Assembly (NCBI GenBank): GCA_965649825.1
Contig: OZ287699.1
Coordinates: forward strand, 496,001-560,000
Source of the DNA: Penicillus capitatus
Taxonomy: Eukaryota > Plantae > Chlorophyta
Reading direction: 5' to 3'
DNA length: 64,000 bases
Below, piece by piece: positions 13,470 through 25,560 of this stretch (position 1 is its first letter; the number at the start of each line of letters is the position of its first letter). The position numbers were made by a program, and so were the translations under genes. The notes below the pieces were generated by a model. That model was not told the origin of the DNA and did not search any database. It was given only the letters and a program-made list of their open reading frames with translations.

Positions 13470-15010
13470 ATGGCCGAAGGTCTCCTCTTCTTCGTCGATG
13501 ATCCTACCACGAATCATTTTCCACCGAGCAGAGGGCTGTGGGACCTGCAACGGTATAAATTACACTTACACGGCCACTAGCAAAGCGTGGTATGGCGACT
13601 GTAAGGTTTGTCCCCGTCAAACGGTTGAAAGATGCGTTAAATCTGCCCCTCTGTCTTCCAGTGTAAGATACACAGATACTTTCTATCAGCGGGGACCAAA
13701 GAGTTTAACACGGAGGACATCTCCGTTGCCGGTCGTAAATGGTCAGTATCTATATCGTTCGCTGCTTTTTGTGATGACACTTGTGTCTTCCAGGCAGTTG
13801 ATATTTACACACACGAAGGACGGCCTCTTTGGCATTAGTCTTCTTTCGATCGGCAACTCCTCCGTCCGTATTCAGTACAGTGTGTCTGTTTTGAATTCTG
13901 CAGATCCAGAAAAGAATATAGATAACTGCGGTGCGCGCACCGCGTATCTTTGTTGGTCGGCAGTTGAGGTCCATGGCCGTCAATAGGTGGCAGCGTTGAG
14001 TGTCAACCGAATACAGCATGGGGAAACTCGGAAGTGTGTTCCATTGCCGAGATTCGGGGTCGGGGAAACGGCTACATCACTGAAGATGTCTTCACCGTGT
14101 ATCTGAAGCTTCGACTAAAGATACCGGAAAACGAAACATTCAGAGCAATTCCAGACGGTCTGTCAAGCACCTTAACGGTACCTATGACCATACCCCTCGA
14201 CACAAGTGTCGTCATCTGTCTCTGATGCATACAGTGGAAACTTCGCCATGCCTATCAATCCTCTCCGAATGAGCTGGCAAGTGACGATTTCGGTGTGGCA
14301 GACAGCAATTGGTACAAGGAAAGGGTGCTCAAGCAAGGTGGTGCTTAGAGGTCTTTGCTGTTCAGGTACCTGACACTTCATCCCGAAGAGGCCCATCACT
14401 CAAATGGACGATACGCTGGAATCTATCTCCATTCTCTGAACGAGTTCCCTGTTCAAATAGCTGTTCGTTTGACGATCGTCAACCACCACGCAGGTAGAAA
14501 GAATATACAATCAGGTCAGACGCCTTCCTCCCTCTGGCCCTTCGCATTGTCTGCCAATAACAGATCTTGAACGTTTGTACAAAAAACCGTCCGGGTATGG
14601 ATGGCACCAGTTATTGGAGGCGAAGGCTCTCCAGGATCCAGCACTTGGGTTTCTGGACAAAGGTTGGGTGACAATCATAGCAGAGATAAAGCGTTTGGAT
14701 GCCGCCAGTCGGACACTCGTCCGCGTCCCGTCCTCTCGTGTCGAGAGAGAGCCTGCTGTCCAATCCCCTGAGGTGCCAGAACAGAAACAACTCTGTGTTG
14801 TCTGCCTCACCAAGGAGCAGACATCTGGTTTCGTTCACGGAACAACGTAGGCCATTCCCGTAACCGTCTATCGCCTGAACGGCATGGATCTGTGCACGTA
14901 GATCTCACAAGTGTGTCTGCGAGTCGTGCTGCCGACGGCTTTTCGAGAAGAAATTTAGATGTCCGGTCTGTGCAGCCAAAGTGGATTCGATTATTCTCAG
15001 TTACTTTTAG
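13470..15010 (+). CDS. MATH-MATH-RING protein (TRAF-like putative E3 ligase)
   Basis: Spliced exons: CKIHRYF..ISVAGRKW, AWGNSEV..GYITEDVFTVYLKL, WKLR..DDFGVADSNW, YGWHQLL..GFLDKGWVTI; RING CVVCLTKEQTSGFVHGTT..HKCVCESC..CPVC; stop 15008-15010. Confidence 0.8.
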
Positions 15011-15301
15011 CAAGTAGTCATCTCTTTAGCGCTACCCCGTGCCAGTTTTTGTCGGGCTCTTCAAAAAACAAGAGTAGAGGAGTCCTGCCCGAATTGAGAA
15101 GACGTACTCCGATGCAGCAGTATCCGTGCATGAACCGAATGAACGCTCGTTTTATATTCCGATACATTCATTCTTCTACTGCCAGGCTAAGAGGATTGCA
15201 GTTGTTGACGGGTAGCTGTAAGATCTGGACTTTGACGTGACGTGTGTAATGATGCTAGAGACCTTATCATAACGGTGCGCGGACCGGTCATTCGGAAGGA
15301 G

Positions 15302-16134
15302 ATGGACAGTGACGCCAACGATCCACATCAAGCGGAAATTGGTTCTGTGGTGGAAGTCTATGGCGAGAAAGCGCGAGTGACGTCGCGTTCGGGTTTTGGC
15401 CAACCGTCCGTCTCCGTTCGGCCCTTCGCTAAGCGTCCGTCCATTCTCATCGAACTGCAGTTGCACGGTGACGTCTTTTCAGCGATGGCCTCTAGTAAAG
15501 AAATCTCACCTATCCTTGCTGTTTAGGTACCTATCCCTACGACATGCCGACGCTCTCCTTGGAAGGACTTTCAAACGCAGAGGCGGCAGAGCTCCATCGG
15601 CACCTCGATGGTGTAGCCAGCGAGCAGTCAGGCAATCCAATGCTCTTGACGCTGATCTCCGCTGCGGTACAATGGATTGAGCGCGATCCGTCGGAGAAGC
15701 CGACGATGAGCCAGTCGACAAGTCAGATTCCAGTTGTCGATGTTTCCTCGCCTCCAGAGATCGCTGAGACACACGTGCCCATTCAGAAGATGGATCGAAT
15801 GCGTACAGCAGACGACGTGATTTCGAGGATCCGATGGGACGATCGATTGAACGGGGAAGACTTTGTTGTGGTCTATCTCGATCGTTTTACAGGCGAGGTC
15901 GAGACATCGTTTGCCGAAGTGGACTGGGAGGATCCTCCCTTCCCCGAGCATAGGATTCAATGTTTCAAGTTAAGAGATGTCACTGTCTGGGACAAGCGCA
16001 TTCCATTGGACCACGTCTTCGGCACCAGAGGCGAGGGATTGAAGATCGAAGACGTGCTCGACCGAGATCACAGACATGGTGGGAACATCGGTTTCCTTTG
16101 CAATTGCGGATTTATGTACAGCGCAGGCCATTGA
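15302..16134 (+). CDS. RWD domain + MJ1316 domain protein (2 exons)
   Basis: RWD hallmark LH-G-TYPYDMP across an intron; MJ1316-like MRTADDVISRIRWDDRL..FVVVYLDRFTG..PEHRIQCFK..VWDKRIPLDHVF. Confidence 0.8.
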
Positions 16135-16899
16135 GAGCTGTTTGGGACTTCGATGTGACGGCATCCATCAAGCATTGCAGCTGAACATTGATAGAGAGAT
16201 GGTATGGCGGGACCATACTGCGCGTTAGTAAGATGCAAAGCGGCAACTAGGATGCGTTTAAGGGATCTTTAAGGCTTTCTTCCGTGCCTTTTGCGGCGTC
16301 TAACAGTTGATGAACACATAATGGATCCGTCAAGAAGAACTTGAGTTGTTTCGATGTCTCCCAACTTATCGCCCTCTGTGTGCAATTTATGTACAAAGGA
16401 GGTTGACAATCGGAATGTATTCAGATTCGGTCTTCCATCGATATGGCTCGTAGAAATCGCGTAGGATCAGAAGTGTAATCTGCCCACCTGAAGGAAGCAG
16501 ATCGACTGTCTGCCAGAGACGAATTCCATTACGCAGATTCGAAAGATCCTTGGGGTCTTCAATGCGCTGCGAGATGTATGTCCGCCGGTTTGGAAGTCGC
16601 AGCACGTCTTCTTCGAGTAGAAATGACAAAGCTCAATCTAAAAGAGCTCCTCTTACTAAACTGCAAGCGATGATGAAGTTGGCCTAGAAGCATATCGTAG
16701 ATCAAAGTCAATAAGTTCTCGTAGCATCCGATGCCGACGATAGCCTTTCGATTACGGTCGATTGATCGACCAGACGGCAAGGTCATGTGATGTGGTCCGG
16801 TGATCCCATGCGTAGTCATCTGCTAGCCATGGGTGTTCACGATCGATCGGACATCGATGGGCGTTCACGATCGAGTTGCTATCTTTGAGAGCTGTCGGA

Positions 16900-17310
16900 C
16901 AAGCCTGTCACGGCGGCATATCTCCTTGTGCCAGATACTTTCGTCGAGGCAAGTCGCCCACTCGGCGCACTAACCGCCGGGGCCGGCACCGGAAGCGGTG
17001 ATGATGTGAGAGGTGACTCGTCGTTGGGTCGGTCGCACGCATTCGCAATGACAGTGCGTTACCTCCAAACACTTGTGCCATAAACTGAAGCCCCACTCGG
17101 ACGCCCATAATTGGAATTTCTGGTCCGAGTTCTTTGATGACATCCGTCGAAGACACTGAATCTTATGGTCGGCCTAATCATGCCGGTCACGTTCACGCAC
17201 AAGCTGCTGCTGGGAAACTCTCATCGAAATCAGGTCTGAAAGAGACAAGGATTCCACGTGGTTACATTTTATCGATCTCGCTGGCTGATATTGCAATCCC
17301 CTTCGAATCT
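16900..17310 (-). pseudogene. Degenerate anthranilate synthase beta / class I glutamine amidotransferase (TrpG-like) fragment
   Basis: EIDKM*PRGILVS, then DVIKELGPEIPIMGVRVGLQFMAQVFGG (catalytic GVC(L/M)G changed to GVRVG), then APSG after an intron remnant; in-frame stop; no N-terminus. Confidence 0.7.
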
Positions 17311-17335
17311 AAATCCCTTTAATGCAGCCTGGTCT

Positions 17336-17447
17336 GATCGGTTCAGATCGTTTCGAATATCGATCGGTTCAGATCGTTTCGAATATCGATCGGTTCAGAT
17401 CGTTTCGAATATCGATCGGTTCAGATCGTTTCGAATATCGATCGGTT
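17336..17447. repeat. Tandem repeat, 26-bp unit GATCGGTTCAGATCGTTTCGAATATC x4.3
   Basis: Identical units start at 17336, 17362, 17388 and 17414, with a partial unit at 17440. Confidence 0.97.
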
Positions 17448-17861
17448 GACGACTGTCGATTTGCATTGCCATAAAGAGCCGACTCGCTAAGGTAGATCTG
17501 CGTTGTACACGCGTCGTAAAGACTAATCAACGATTGGTCGGATCGAATTCGATAACAGTAAACAAAGATTCGCTGTAGCTTAATTTCAATGTATCGATGA
17601 ATCTATTGACCGGATCGTTCAACGACATTGCGTCGATGAGCTAGAGGAAGAGCTGTCCTGATTCATCAATGGTTTTTAACACTATTCAAGCGGCGATCGA
17701 ATCGACAGGCGTTGCTCGAGACGACATCACTGACAGCAGCAGGACCTCTGGGAGGCCGCGGACGATGATGATCGATGGCTGCTGCCGTTCGATCGGAAAC
17801 GATCGAGGCTCCAATAGCAAAGACATGGCGATTGATTCTTATGGCTCCCGAAACAAACCCA

Positions 17862-18192
17862 TCGATCCGATCCGATCCGATCACCCATGGATATCCGACC
17901 CGATCCGATCCGATCCGATCCGATCCGATCCGATCCGATCGCCCATCGCCCATGGATATCCGATCCGATCGCCCATCGCCCATGGATATCCGATCCGATC
18001 GCCCATCGCCCATGGATATCCGATCCGATCGCCCATCGCCCATGGATATCCGATCCGATCGCCCATCTCCCATGGATATCCGATCCGATCGCCCATCTCC
18101 CATGGATATCCGATCCGATCGCCCATCTCCCATGGATATCCGATCCGATCGCCCATCGCCCATGGATATCCGATCCGATCCGATCGCCCATC
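17862..18192. repeat. (CCGAT)n microsatellite grading into a 30-bp minisatellite GCCCATC(G/T)CCCATGGATATCCGATCCGATC x8
   Basis: Eight 30-bp units at 17941-18180 (units 1-4 and 8 G variant, units 5-7 T variant), preceded by CCGAT runs. Confidence 0.97.
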
Positions 18193-20411
18193 ATTGCCTA
18201 CTCAAAGTTTCTCAATCCACGCATCTTCGACACGACAGTGCCGGGCACCATATTGACGTGTGTCGACGTACTTGTAGATGAATTCATTTTCTAAAGAAGG
18301 AGCCTTCTTCGGCGATAAGATGATCAGGATTTCAACCAAAAAACAGCAGAGCTTTACAGAGACATCTGCATTTGTCAAGAGCTTCGTGCTTTCGTCGGCA
18401 AGTGGATCGGAGTGACACACTATCTCCGAATGGGTCAGATCGCCTATGCTATCTTAAAAGTCGTGCGAATCTCTTTTGTTGACTTACCTAGATTCATCAA
18501 TCCATGTGAGAAACAATGAAAGGTAGAGATTGCTTACCTTTTGTGAAGAGTAGAAGTGCTCGAGATGCCCCCGAAAAGACGAGGCGTTTCGCATCGGAGC
18601 TGTCGAGGTAAAGCCGCGATTCCATAACTCCGTATGCATGCGTCGCCACGCTTGTACGGGACGATTACAGTTGAGCGGTCGAGACCAAGGCGTTATCGTG
18701 CCGAGACGATTACCTAATGATGTGGCACATGATTTTCTGAGTATTTAACGAGAACTGTTACGTTGTATTCGCCGTTAGTTATCTAACTGACTTTGCCGCG
18801 AAATTTCTCCGCGTAGTTCGCCACCGGCGAACACCCGAAGTCGACCCCAGCATTGACGTACCCAGACGCCGGAGTCGTTCTTCGCAGAACCCGCTCGCTT
18901 CTTCCTCTCGGAGATTGTTCAAAAGGAAAAATCTATCTTTTTGTTATTTTTCTCAACTATTTTGTTTTGTCAAGGCATTCTGGACACAATTGACAGATTT
19001 CAAGGTTTCGCTGGAGACAAAAACACCCGTTCTATCCAAATGAGGGCAGCCAGGCGCCGTTCAGTTTTGAGCACTATAAGCTCGGATTTCTTTCAAAGGT
19101 TGACGATGACGTTCTTGGAAGTCATTCTGAGCGTAACAGTACGAAAAAGAATCGTTCGACTTTGGGAATGAATCGGTTCGCGGTCCGTGCATGGTTTGAC
19201 CCTTTTGAATCACGGCAATGATTTCTTAAAAAGGCCACAACAACACTTCGAAAGACGAATATCAGATCCAATCACTTGAGATCGCGAATAAGTGAGGGTT
19301 TTACGCAGACATCGATTCTTACATTTCAAGGATTCTCTGACTGTGAAATAACAATAACGTTAACACTGTTCTGCATGACTTGCGTCTCTCGCGATCTCTC
19401 GACAATACAGAGTGTTTGCTTAGAGAGTCTGTGCACAATGCACTACCATCATATCATTCTACGCAGGAGGAGAACAGTTTTGTTCGAATCATTTGACGTA
19501 AAGGAATTTAGAGTCGAGAATGCAGAAACTGTTTTTGGGATTGTCCAGGAGGAATCCTTGCTCGCTTTCTGCGGAGACGAAATCCTTTGACGGGTGCGCT
19601 TCACTTTGGCCATGTGATAAAACGACAGAGCGGGGATAGTTCCGCGGATTCGCTAGTAGGCTCCGTCGCCCGACATACGATATCAAGACCTTGCGTCAGG
19701 AAGCGTCGGAGCTGGATACCCTTGAGACGTTCGTCCGCTAAGTTAAGACAAATCTGCTCGTCTCCAAAAGTAGAAGCATGTTCTAAGATCTCAGTAAAGC
19801 GATGCGGGACATCCACCAGCGCAAGACAATGATGCGACTGCTGTCCCTGTCAAAGGAAGTTTCCGTTATGGCGAATCTTTGAAGAGAGATGAGCGATAGG
19901 TCGTTTGTTGCCTGTCTTGAAATGTTGGGTGTTTACGGTAATGTGGCGATGGTGCAGCTGTGGTATCCAGTCAATGGTGTCGCAGGTCATCTCATTGATC
20001 GAGTTGTCGACGAAGAGCGTTGCAAGATCGGCGCGGTTCAGTCGGTTGTGACTATTGTTAGCAAATGCTGCTTGCAATGCATGTGTTTATGTCCTCTACC
20101 CTTCCCACTACGGCAACATGTTAACCGTAGCATAACCCTTTCATTCGTGACATCTTGTCCGAATCAGAATTGTCAAATGAAATTCGGAGAAAATTCTGAC
20201 AGTGTTAACAAATACCCCACCCCAGTCAAAAAACCCCTCTTTGGCCATAAGAATGACTGGCCCCAAAGACTTTTGGGGCACAGAGGGAACAATTGGGTAA
20301 TGCAACGCAACGTCAAGATGTTTGGGTCAACCTTATCTCGGTGAAATCTTTGAGCACCAGCATATCAACCATTAGTGTGACACAGGACAGACCAGTACTC
20401 CTCGGTACTCT

Positions 20412-22674
20412 TCAAATGGTGAACCTCGTTTTGACTCTCAGCACGTAGTAGGTCAAAACCCTTAAGGCGATCAGCATGGCAAAGATGACACCCACTCCTG
20501 GCCATTTTGATCCGTCAAAGTCGAATGGCATGTTCATTTCCTCAGCCAGATCTTCGATTGGTATGCACTCCTCTCTGGGGAGCTGATCGTCGTTGATACC
20601 ACCACAATCGATGAAATCCCTGTCCCCGAATTCAATTTGCATCAGGACACGAAAAGCCCAGTAAGGAGGCGCGACATATCGCATCCATTCAATCCAGCTC
20701 GGAATCTCACGGACCCAGAATCCTGTTACCAGCATCAAGGCAATCATCAGCACCGTGGCAAACGAAATAGCTGTCTCTGGATTACGAACCGTTGCTCCAA
20801 GGAGCAATCCGATCGTCTGGATAGTCAGAGCCGAGAACAGCTGAATGACCACATGGCCGAGGAATGCTAGAAATGTTTGCCGTAGATGTCCAGCCCAGTA
20901 AGCAGAGATGATAAAGATCAACGGGATCGAGTAGTCCATCGGCAGATCGCACAATGTCTCGGACAGATAGAAGGCAGAAAGACGATACATCCCGCTCGTC
21001 CTCTCCTTCACCATCAGATTGAATACATTCGGGAAGGTGTAGATGGCTTTGAACAGCTGACTGAATTCGACATAGATCAGCACAAAGAAGATGAGGCCGG
21101 TCACATCTGTTGCAGACAGGAGGGTGTTATCATCCCCAGTCATCCACCAGAGAATGATGACCACCACGGAACAACCAATGGTCTGGAAGAATGCCTGGGA
21201 ACTCATGGAGCTGAAGCGACGGTTGCGCATCGCACGGGAGAGGAGAATGACGCATTGTTGTGGAAATGTTGCTCCCCATCTATCAGATTTCTTTCCAAAA
21301 CTTAGCAGATTCCTTTGACTTTCCTGTGCAGCTTGATCATACAGGACAAAATCCTGGAGCTCTTCAGAGGCTTTCCTGTACTGTTCATCGTCTTCTGATT
21401 TGAGGAAGCCTCTTGGGTTGGATGTGAGAAAATTCGTCATGGCGTCGACCAGGTGCGCTCTAGATTCCTCCCCGCTCATGTCTTGCTCTTCGATGTTGCC
21501 GTTTGCAATGTCCAGTATGTACTCGGCAACATTCACACCATAAGGCATGTCGAATCCTTGATTGTGAAACCAGTCCACTGTCAATGTCGATGCACCGTAG
21601 TACAGGACACGGCCTTCGCTCAAAAGCATGACGGTATCCAGATCTTTGTAAAGCCGACTTGAAGGCTGGTGGATCGTCGTGAGAATGGCTCTGCCCCCCG
21701 CAGCGAGGGATTTGAGAGTATTGATCAGATGCATGGCAGTCGTGGAGTCAAGTCCACTTGTCGGTTCGTCGAGAACCAACACGGACGGATTGATTAACAG
21801 TTCGTGTCCTACAGATACACGCTTCCTCTCTCCACCAGACACCCCTCTGCGAAACGGTCCTCCTACAAAGCCAAACCACTCGATCGGGGATCCGATGACA
21901 CGATCTACTGACCAATAAGAGTGTCGCGGCACTTGTCCAGTCCCAACGCTTGGATGACAGCTTCCACTCGGCTCAGCTTCTGTTCCCGTGTCATGGTTTT
22001 TGGTAAGCGCAGAAGGGCTGCGTAGTAAAGCGTCTCGTAGACAGTGAGGTTTTCATACAGAAGATCATCTTGAGAAACATAGCCAATAGAACGTCGGATT
22101 GATTTGCTCATTGCGTGCCCATTGAACGTATACCTGCCTCCGATCGTCATCATCCTAGATCATCACCTTGACGATCTAAGCGTTATGTAAGGGATACGTA
22201 CTTGGGTGCTCGTCCTCCCAGAATGGAGATGAGCGTTGTCTTTCCGGATCCTGATGGCCCCATGAGGGCGGCCACTTCTCCGGGGTGTACATATCCGCCA
22301 ACATCGAACAAAATCTGACACGCGTGTGTTCGTCGTGTTGCATTTAGAGATGTACATACCTGTTTCTTTGGCGGCGCCGATTCCTGTGTGGTCGGCTTTT
22401 GAAATGTTATAGCGCGTTGAAGCGTCTTGGTCGCTTTGAGAATTGAATTGGTCGGAATCATGAGTCCCGGTACATAGGCGGAGATGTCTTCCCACGCCAG
22501 ACAGACGCGTTTCTGTTCGGGTATCGGCGCTAAGAGATCCAGATGCACGATAGTCGCGTCTTCATCTTGCTTTTCTTGTACAGCGTTTGAAGTGCTTCCT
22601 TCGTTTCGTTGTTCGCGCGTCACTCCGTCGACGGAGCCGTGGGCAGTGTCCTTTGTCTGTGGATTGGATGGCAT
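20412..22674 (-). CDS. ABCG: Half-size ABCG (White-family) transporter, canonical motifs
   Basis: Walker [16 protein letters not shown], signature [10 protein letters not shown], Walker [17 protein letters not shown], followed by a TM domain. Confidence 0.93.
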
Positions 22675-22942
22675 GCCTAGAAACGCGTGTTCGTGGTATG
22701 TCGATGAGAGAATGATATGAACACCTTTTGTTGAAGCAGCTCAATAACTAGACCAAGCGGCTTCGTCCTAAGTAGGACACGGTTTCGATGACGCTCGGGT
22801 TTTGTCACTGTGCGGTTTGCCTTAGTCATGATCGTCTAACGCGATGACGGGACGCGTTGATGGAATAGATGCTTTGAATTCAAACAAATCTCTTCGTTGT
22901 CGATTGAAACATGGGATTGTCAGGCATGATCTCAAAAGTCCG

Positions 22943-23216
22943 CTAAGTGGTTGCATAGGCGGAATCGCCTCCACAGTATCCCCAGCCACGATGGGGATTG
23001 CTCTGTTGGTCGCAACTCATGTCATCGCAGCACTCTTTTTTTCCTCGACAAATGGCTCCCTGCACAAACACACCGTCGATGCGCGGTGAAAGAGATGACG
23101 CGGTCAGAACGTACTTTTGGTTTGCAGGGATCACGCAACATGGCCTCCGTGTAGACAACGGCAAAGCAGAGAATGCAGAGCAGTGTCAGAGAGCAGAGAA
23201 ACTTGAAAGACATCAT
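22943..23216 (-). CDS. Secreted 72-aa cystine-knot (knottin/ICK) peptide precursor, 2 exons (23216-23115, 23059-22943)
   Basis: Signal peptide MMSFKFLCSLTLLCILCFAVVYTEA; 55-nt GT-AG intron 23114-23060; mature MLRDPCKPKGAICRGKKECCDDMSCDQQSNPHRGWGYCGGDSAYATT with C-x6-C-x5-CC-x4-C-x12-C. Confidence 0.85.
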
Positions 23217-25560
23217 GTTTCGTGGTTGAAGGCGGACCGCGATGAATGGCTCGACTGCGTTCGTGGTCTATTGAGAATGATATGTTGAGAAGATACGTGG
23301 AACGCTCGGTTCGTAGAGTTGGAATGGAAACGTACAACGGATGGTCTGTCAAAACAAACGCGGCGTGCAGAGGTACTGGTCGCGGTTTGTCGAATGGCTC
23401 GATGAAGAGCATTATATAACAGGTAGACCGCGAACTGTCCATGTCCGATACCGTTAATGCATAGACACGTCAGCCAGAGACAAAAAACTCCACAGGAAGA
23501 TATCGCTCAAGGGAGAACGTGAATGGCTGAAAAAGATTACTTGTATGCACATAAGCATCTTGCCAACGTGGCGATATCAAAAACAGAGATCCCGGCGTTT
23601 TTGCAGATTCCGACGTTGTCCACGCATGCAGTGCCTTGTCACGAGTAGTGACAAGGACAAAGATATGTGAACTGGAATGCCCGAAGTTCGACGAACACGT
23701 CAGCAGGCGGCCTCATCAAGTCACGTAAAGGACGCGGGCGATGTGGTGCAAGATTGAATTCTGCCGCGGGCATCTTAACAGAGATACACGAACAATGATC
23801 TCAGGTGGCGAAGTTTCAGATATGCATTTGACACAGAATAACTCTTTATTTAAGAGACGCCCAGCGACCAGACTTCATAAAGTCGCCCAATGATTTCCAC
23901 ACTGAGCTAACTACGTTGTCGGATGCAGGGGGTTTAGAACAGGAAGCCAGAAGAGTGAGTGACTCTGGACACCTGCTTCAAGGAGAAATGTATTCCGAAC
24001 AGTGACTGTCAATGGATCGACAAAGGCTAAAGGATGTAGCTGAAACGACAAAGCATTCTGCCAGACCGATCATCTTGAAGGACTCTGTCATTTACGTGTC
24101 CTCGTTCGATTTGAGGACTCCTCCTTCGACGAGGTCCTTAGACACGTTTTCTCAAATCTAGCAGTACCTATAGAACAAGGTTCCCTTCCGCAGTCTCAAG
24201 TTTTCCTACCTGCACTGTCTAATGGGGCGCTTTCGGCCCAGGGGTCTTAATTCACTATCTGTGAACCGCAATTGAGAACCTGTTTGAACATTGGCGCTTG
24301 TGAAGAAAGACTTTAAATCAATCTTGAATACTCTTTGATGACCATTTCTTCCTTCGCTGCTAAATATAATGTAGTGAATCTAGCATTGTCCACAGATGCA
24401 ATAGCTGTACCACAGCCTGGGTTCGGGAACTTCGGCAACTGTACCCTTTGGTCACTGAAGAACATCCAAAATGGATCTCACCTATCGCTCGATCGCTTTT
24501 CGGCAATGACGTTTCAAGCTAAGCCGTCTGTCCACAGTGTTGTCAAACGATGTCAACGCCACTGTCAAGGTGTCTTCTGTCTTTGTTCGGTCCGCGTTCT
24601 CAGAGATCGACAGCGCAAGATACGATTTGAAGATTTGGGAAATGGCGAGTTCTCTTTTCCGTCGGATGCACGCACGTCGGCGTCAAACGTCAGCAGAAGC
24701 TAAGGACACAAAACCTCATTTCGTCTGCGGTGACTTAGAACGGAGAAAGTCGTCGCGAACAACAGCAGCATCAAAACGATTCTGGAATTCACATTCCATT
24801 CTTATGTCAAGAGAAGATGCCCGTACGAATGTCAGAAACATTCAAACACGGAATTCCCCTTTTTAAGCAAAAACTGCAATCTTGAGCAAATCCAGTCGAC
24901 ACCTCTCCAAGTTTGCAGGTATTACCGTTAAGAGTGTCACCCTCTCTCACACAAATGTTGGAAACTCCGCGATCATGTATTAAAGGAAGAGCGTTCAATA
25001 ACCAATGCCGTAAATCGGCACAATTCGAAGCAGTTCGGTATAGCTTCATGTGTCCGAAGCAGGATATGATGTTGCCAGTTTTTCTACTGCAACGCAAGGA
25101 TCGACAAAAGAACAACACCTTTATCGACTCTGAGGGCCACATCGTCCACATCGTGGCGACCTACGACGATTAACTCCTTGGTGGAGGTGACTGGCGATTT
25201 TACTTTGCCTTTCACGTGTACGCAGTGTTGGGAATGTAGCGTTTTATCCGTCGTTCGTAACCGTCGGAGGCGGTTCAATGTCATGGTAACCACCTCGGCG
25301 CGCTGACCATCAGCTGCGACGGGTGTTGGCCTCCAAGCCAACTTCCTCATAACCATAGAAAGATGGTTTTCGAACGTACCCTGAAGTTCGCGAGTGTTGA
25401 TACTAAGGTTAGAGAATTCATAACCACCTTGGGTATTTTAGACCGACATTTTCGTTGTAAACATCCGCGTATTCCTGTGCTATCGTTTGAGCGTTCATTC
25501 ACGTCGTCGTTCGTGTGTTTCACGGCTCAGTACTTCCGCAAGTTGTTTACACGATCCCAA

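Noticed and set aside
16387-16819. Second TrpG-like fragment (KAIVGIGCYEN.., QTVDLLP)
   Set aside because: Similarity too weak to support by eye
17336-18192. CRISPR-like array
   Set aside because: Units are directly adjacent with no unique spacers, the context is eukaryotic, and no cas genes are present
17666-18294. Long repetitive ORFs on both strands (MGDGRSDRIS, PIRSPIAHGY repeats)
   Set aside because: They arise because the 30-bp unit is a multiple of 3 and lacks stops; no coding evidence
19587-19625. TGALHFGH resembling a class I aminoacyl-tRNA synthetase HIGH motif
   Set aside because: Isolated 8-mer with no surrounding synthetase similarity
24290-24335. Minus-strand string VFKIDLKSFFTS resembling reverse-transcriptase motif A
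   Set aside because: No QG/SP motif B or YxDD motif C found downstream in any of the three frames, and the frame is interrupted by stops; treated as chance unless an HMM search says otherwise
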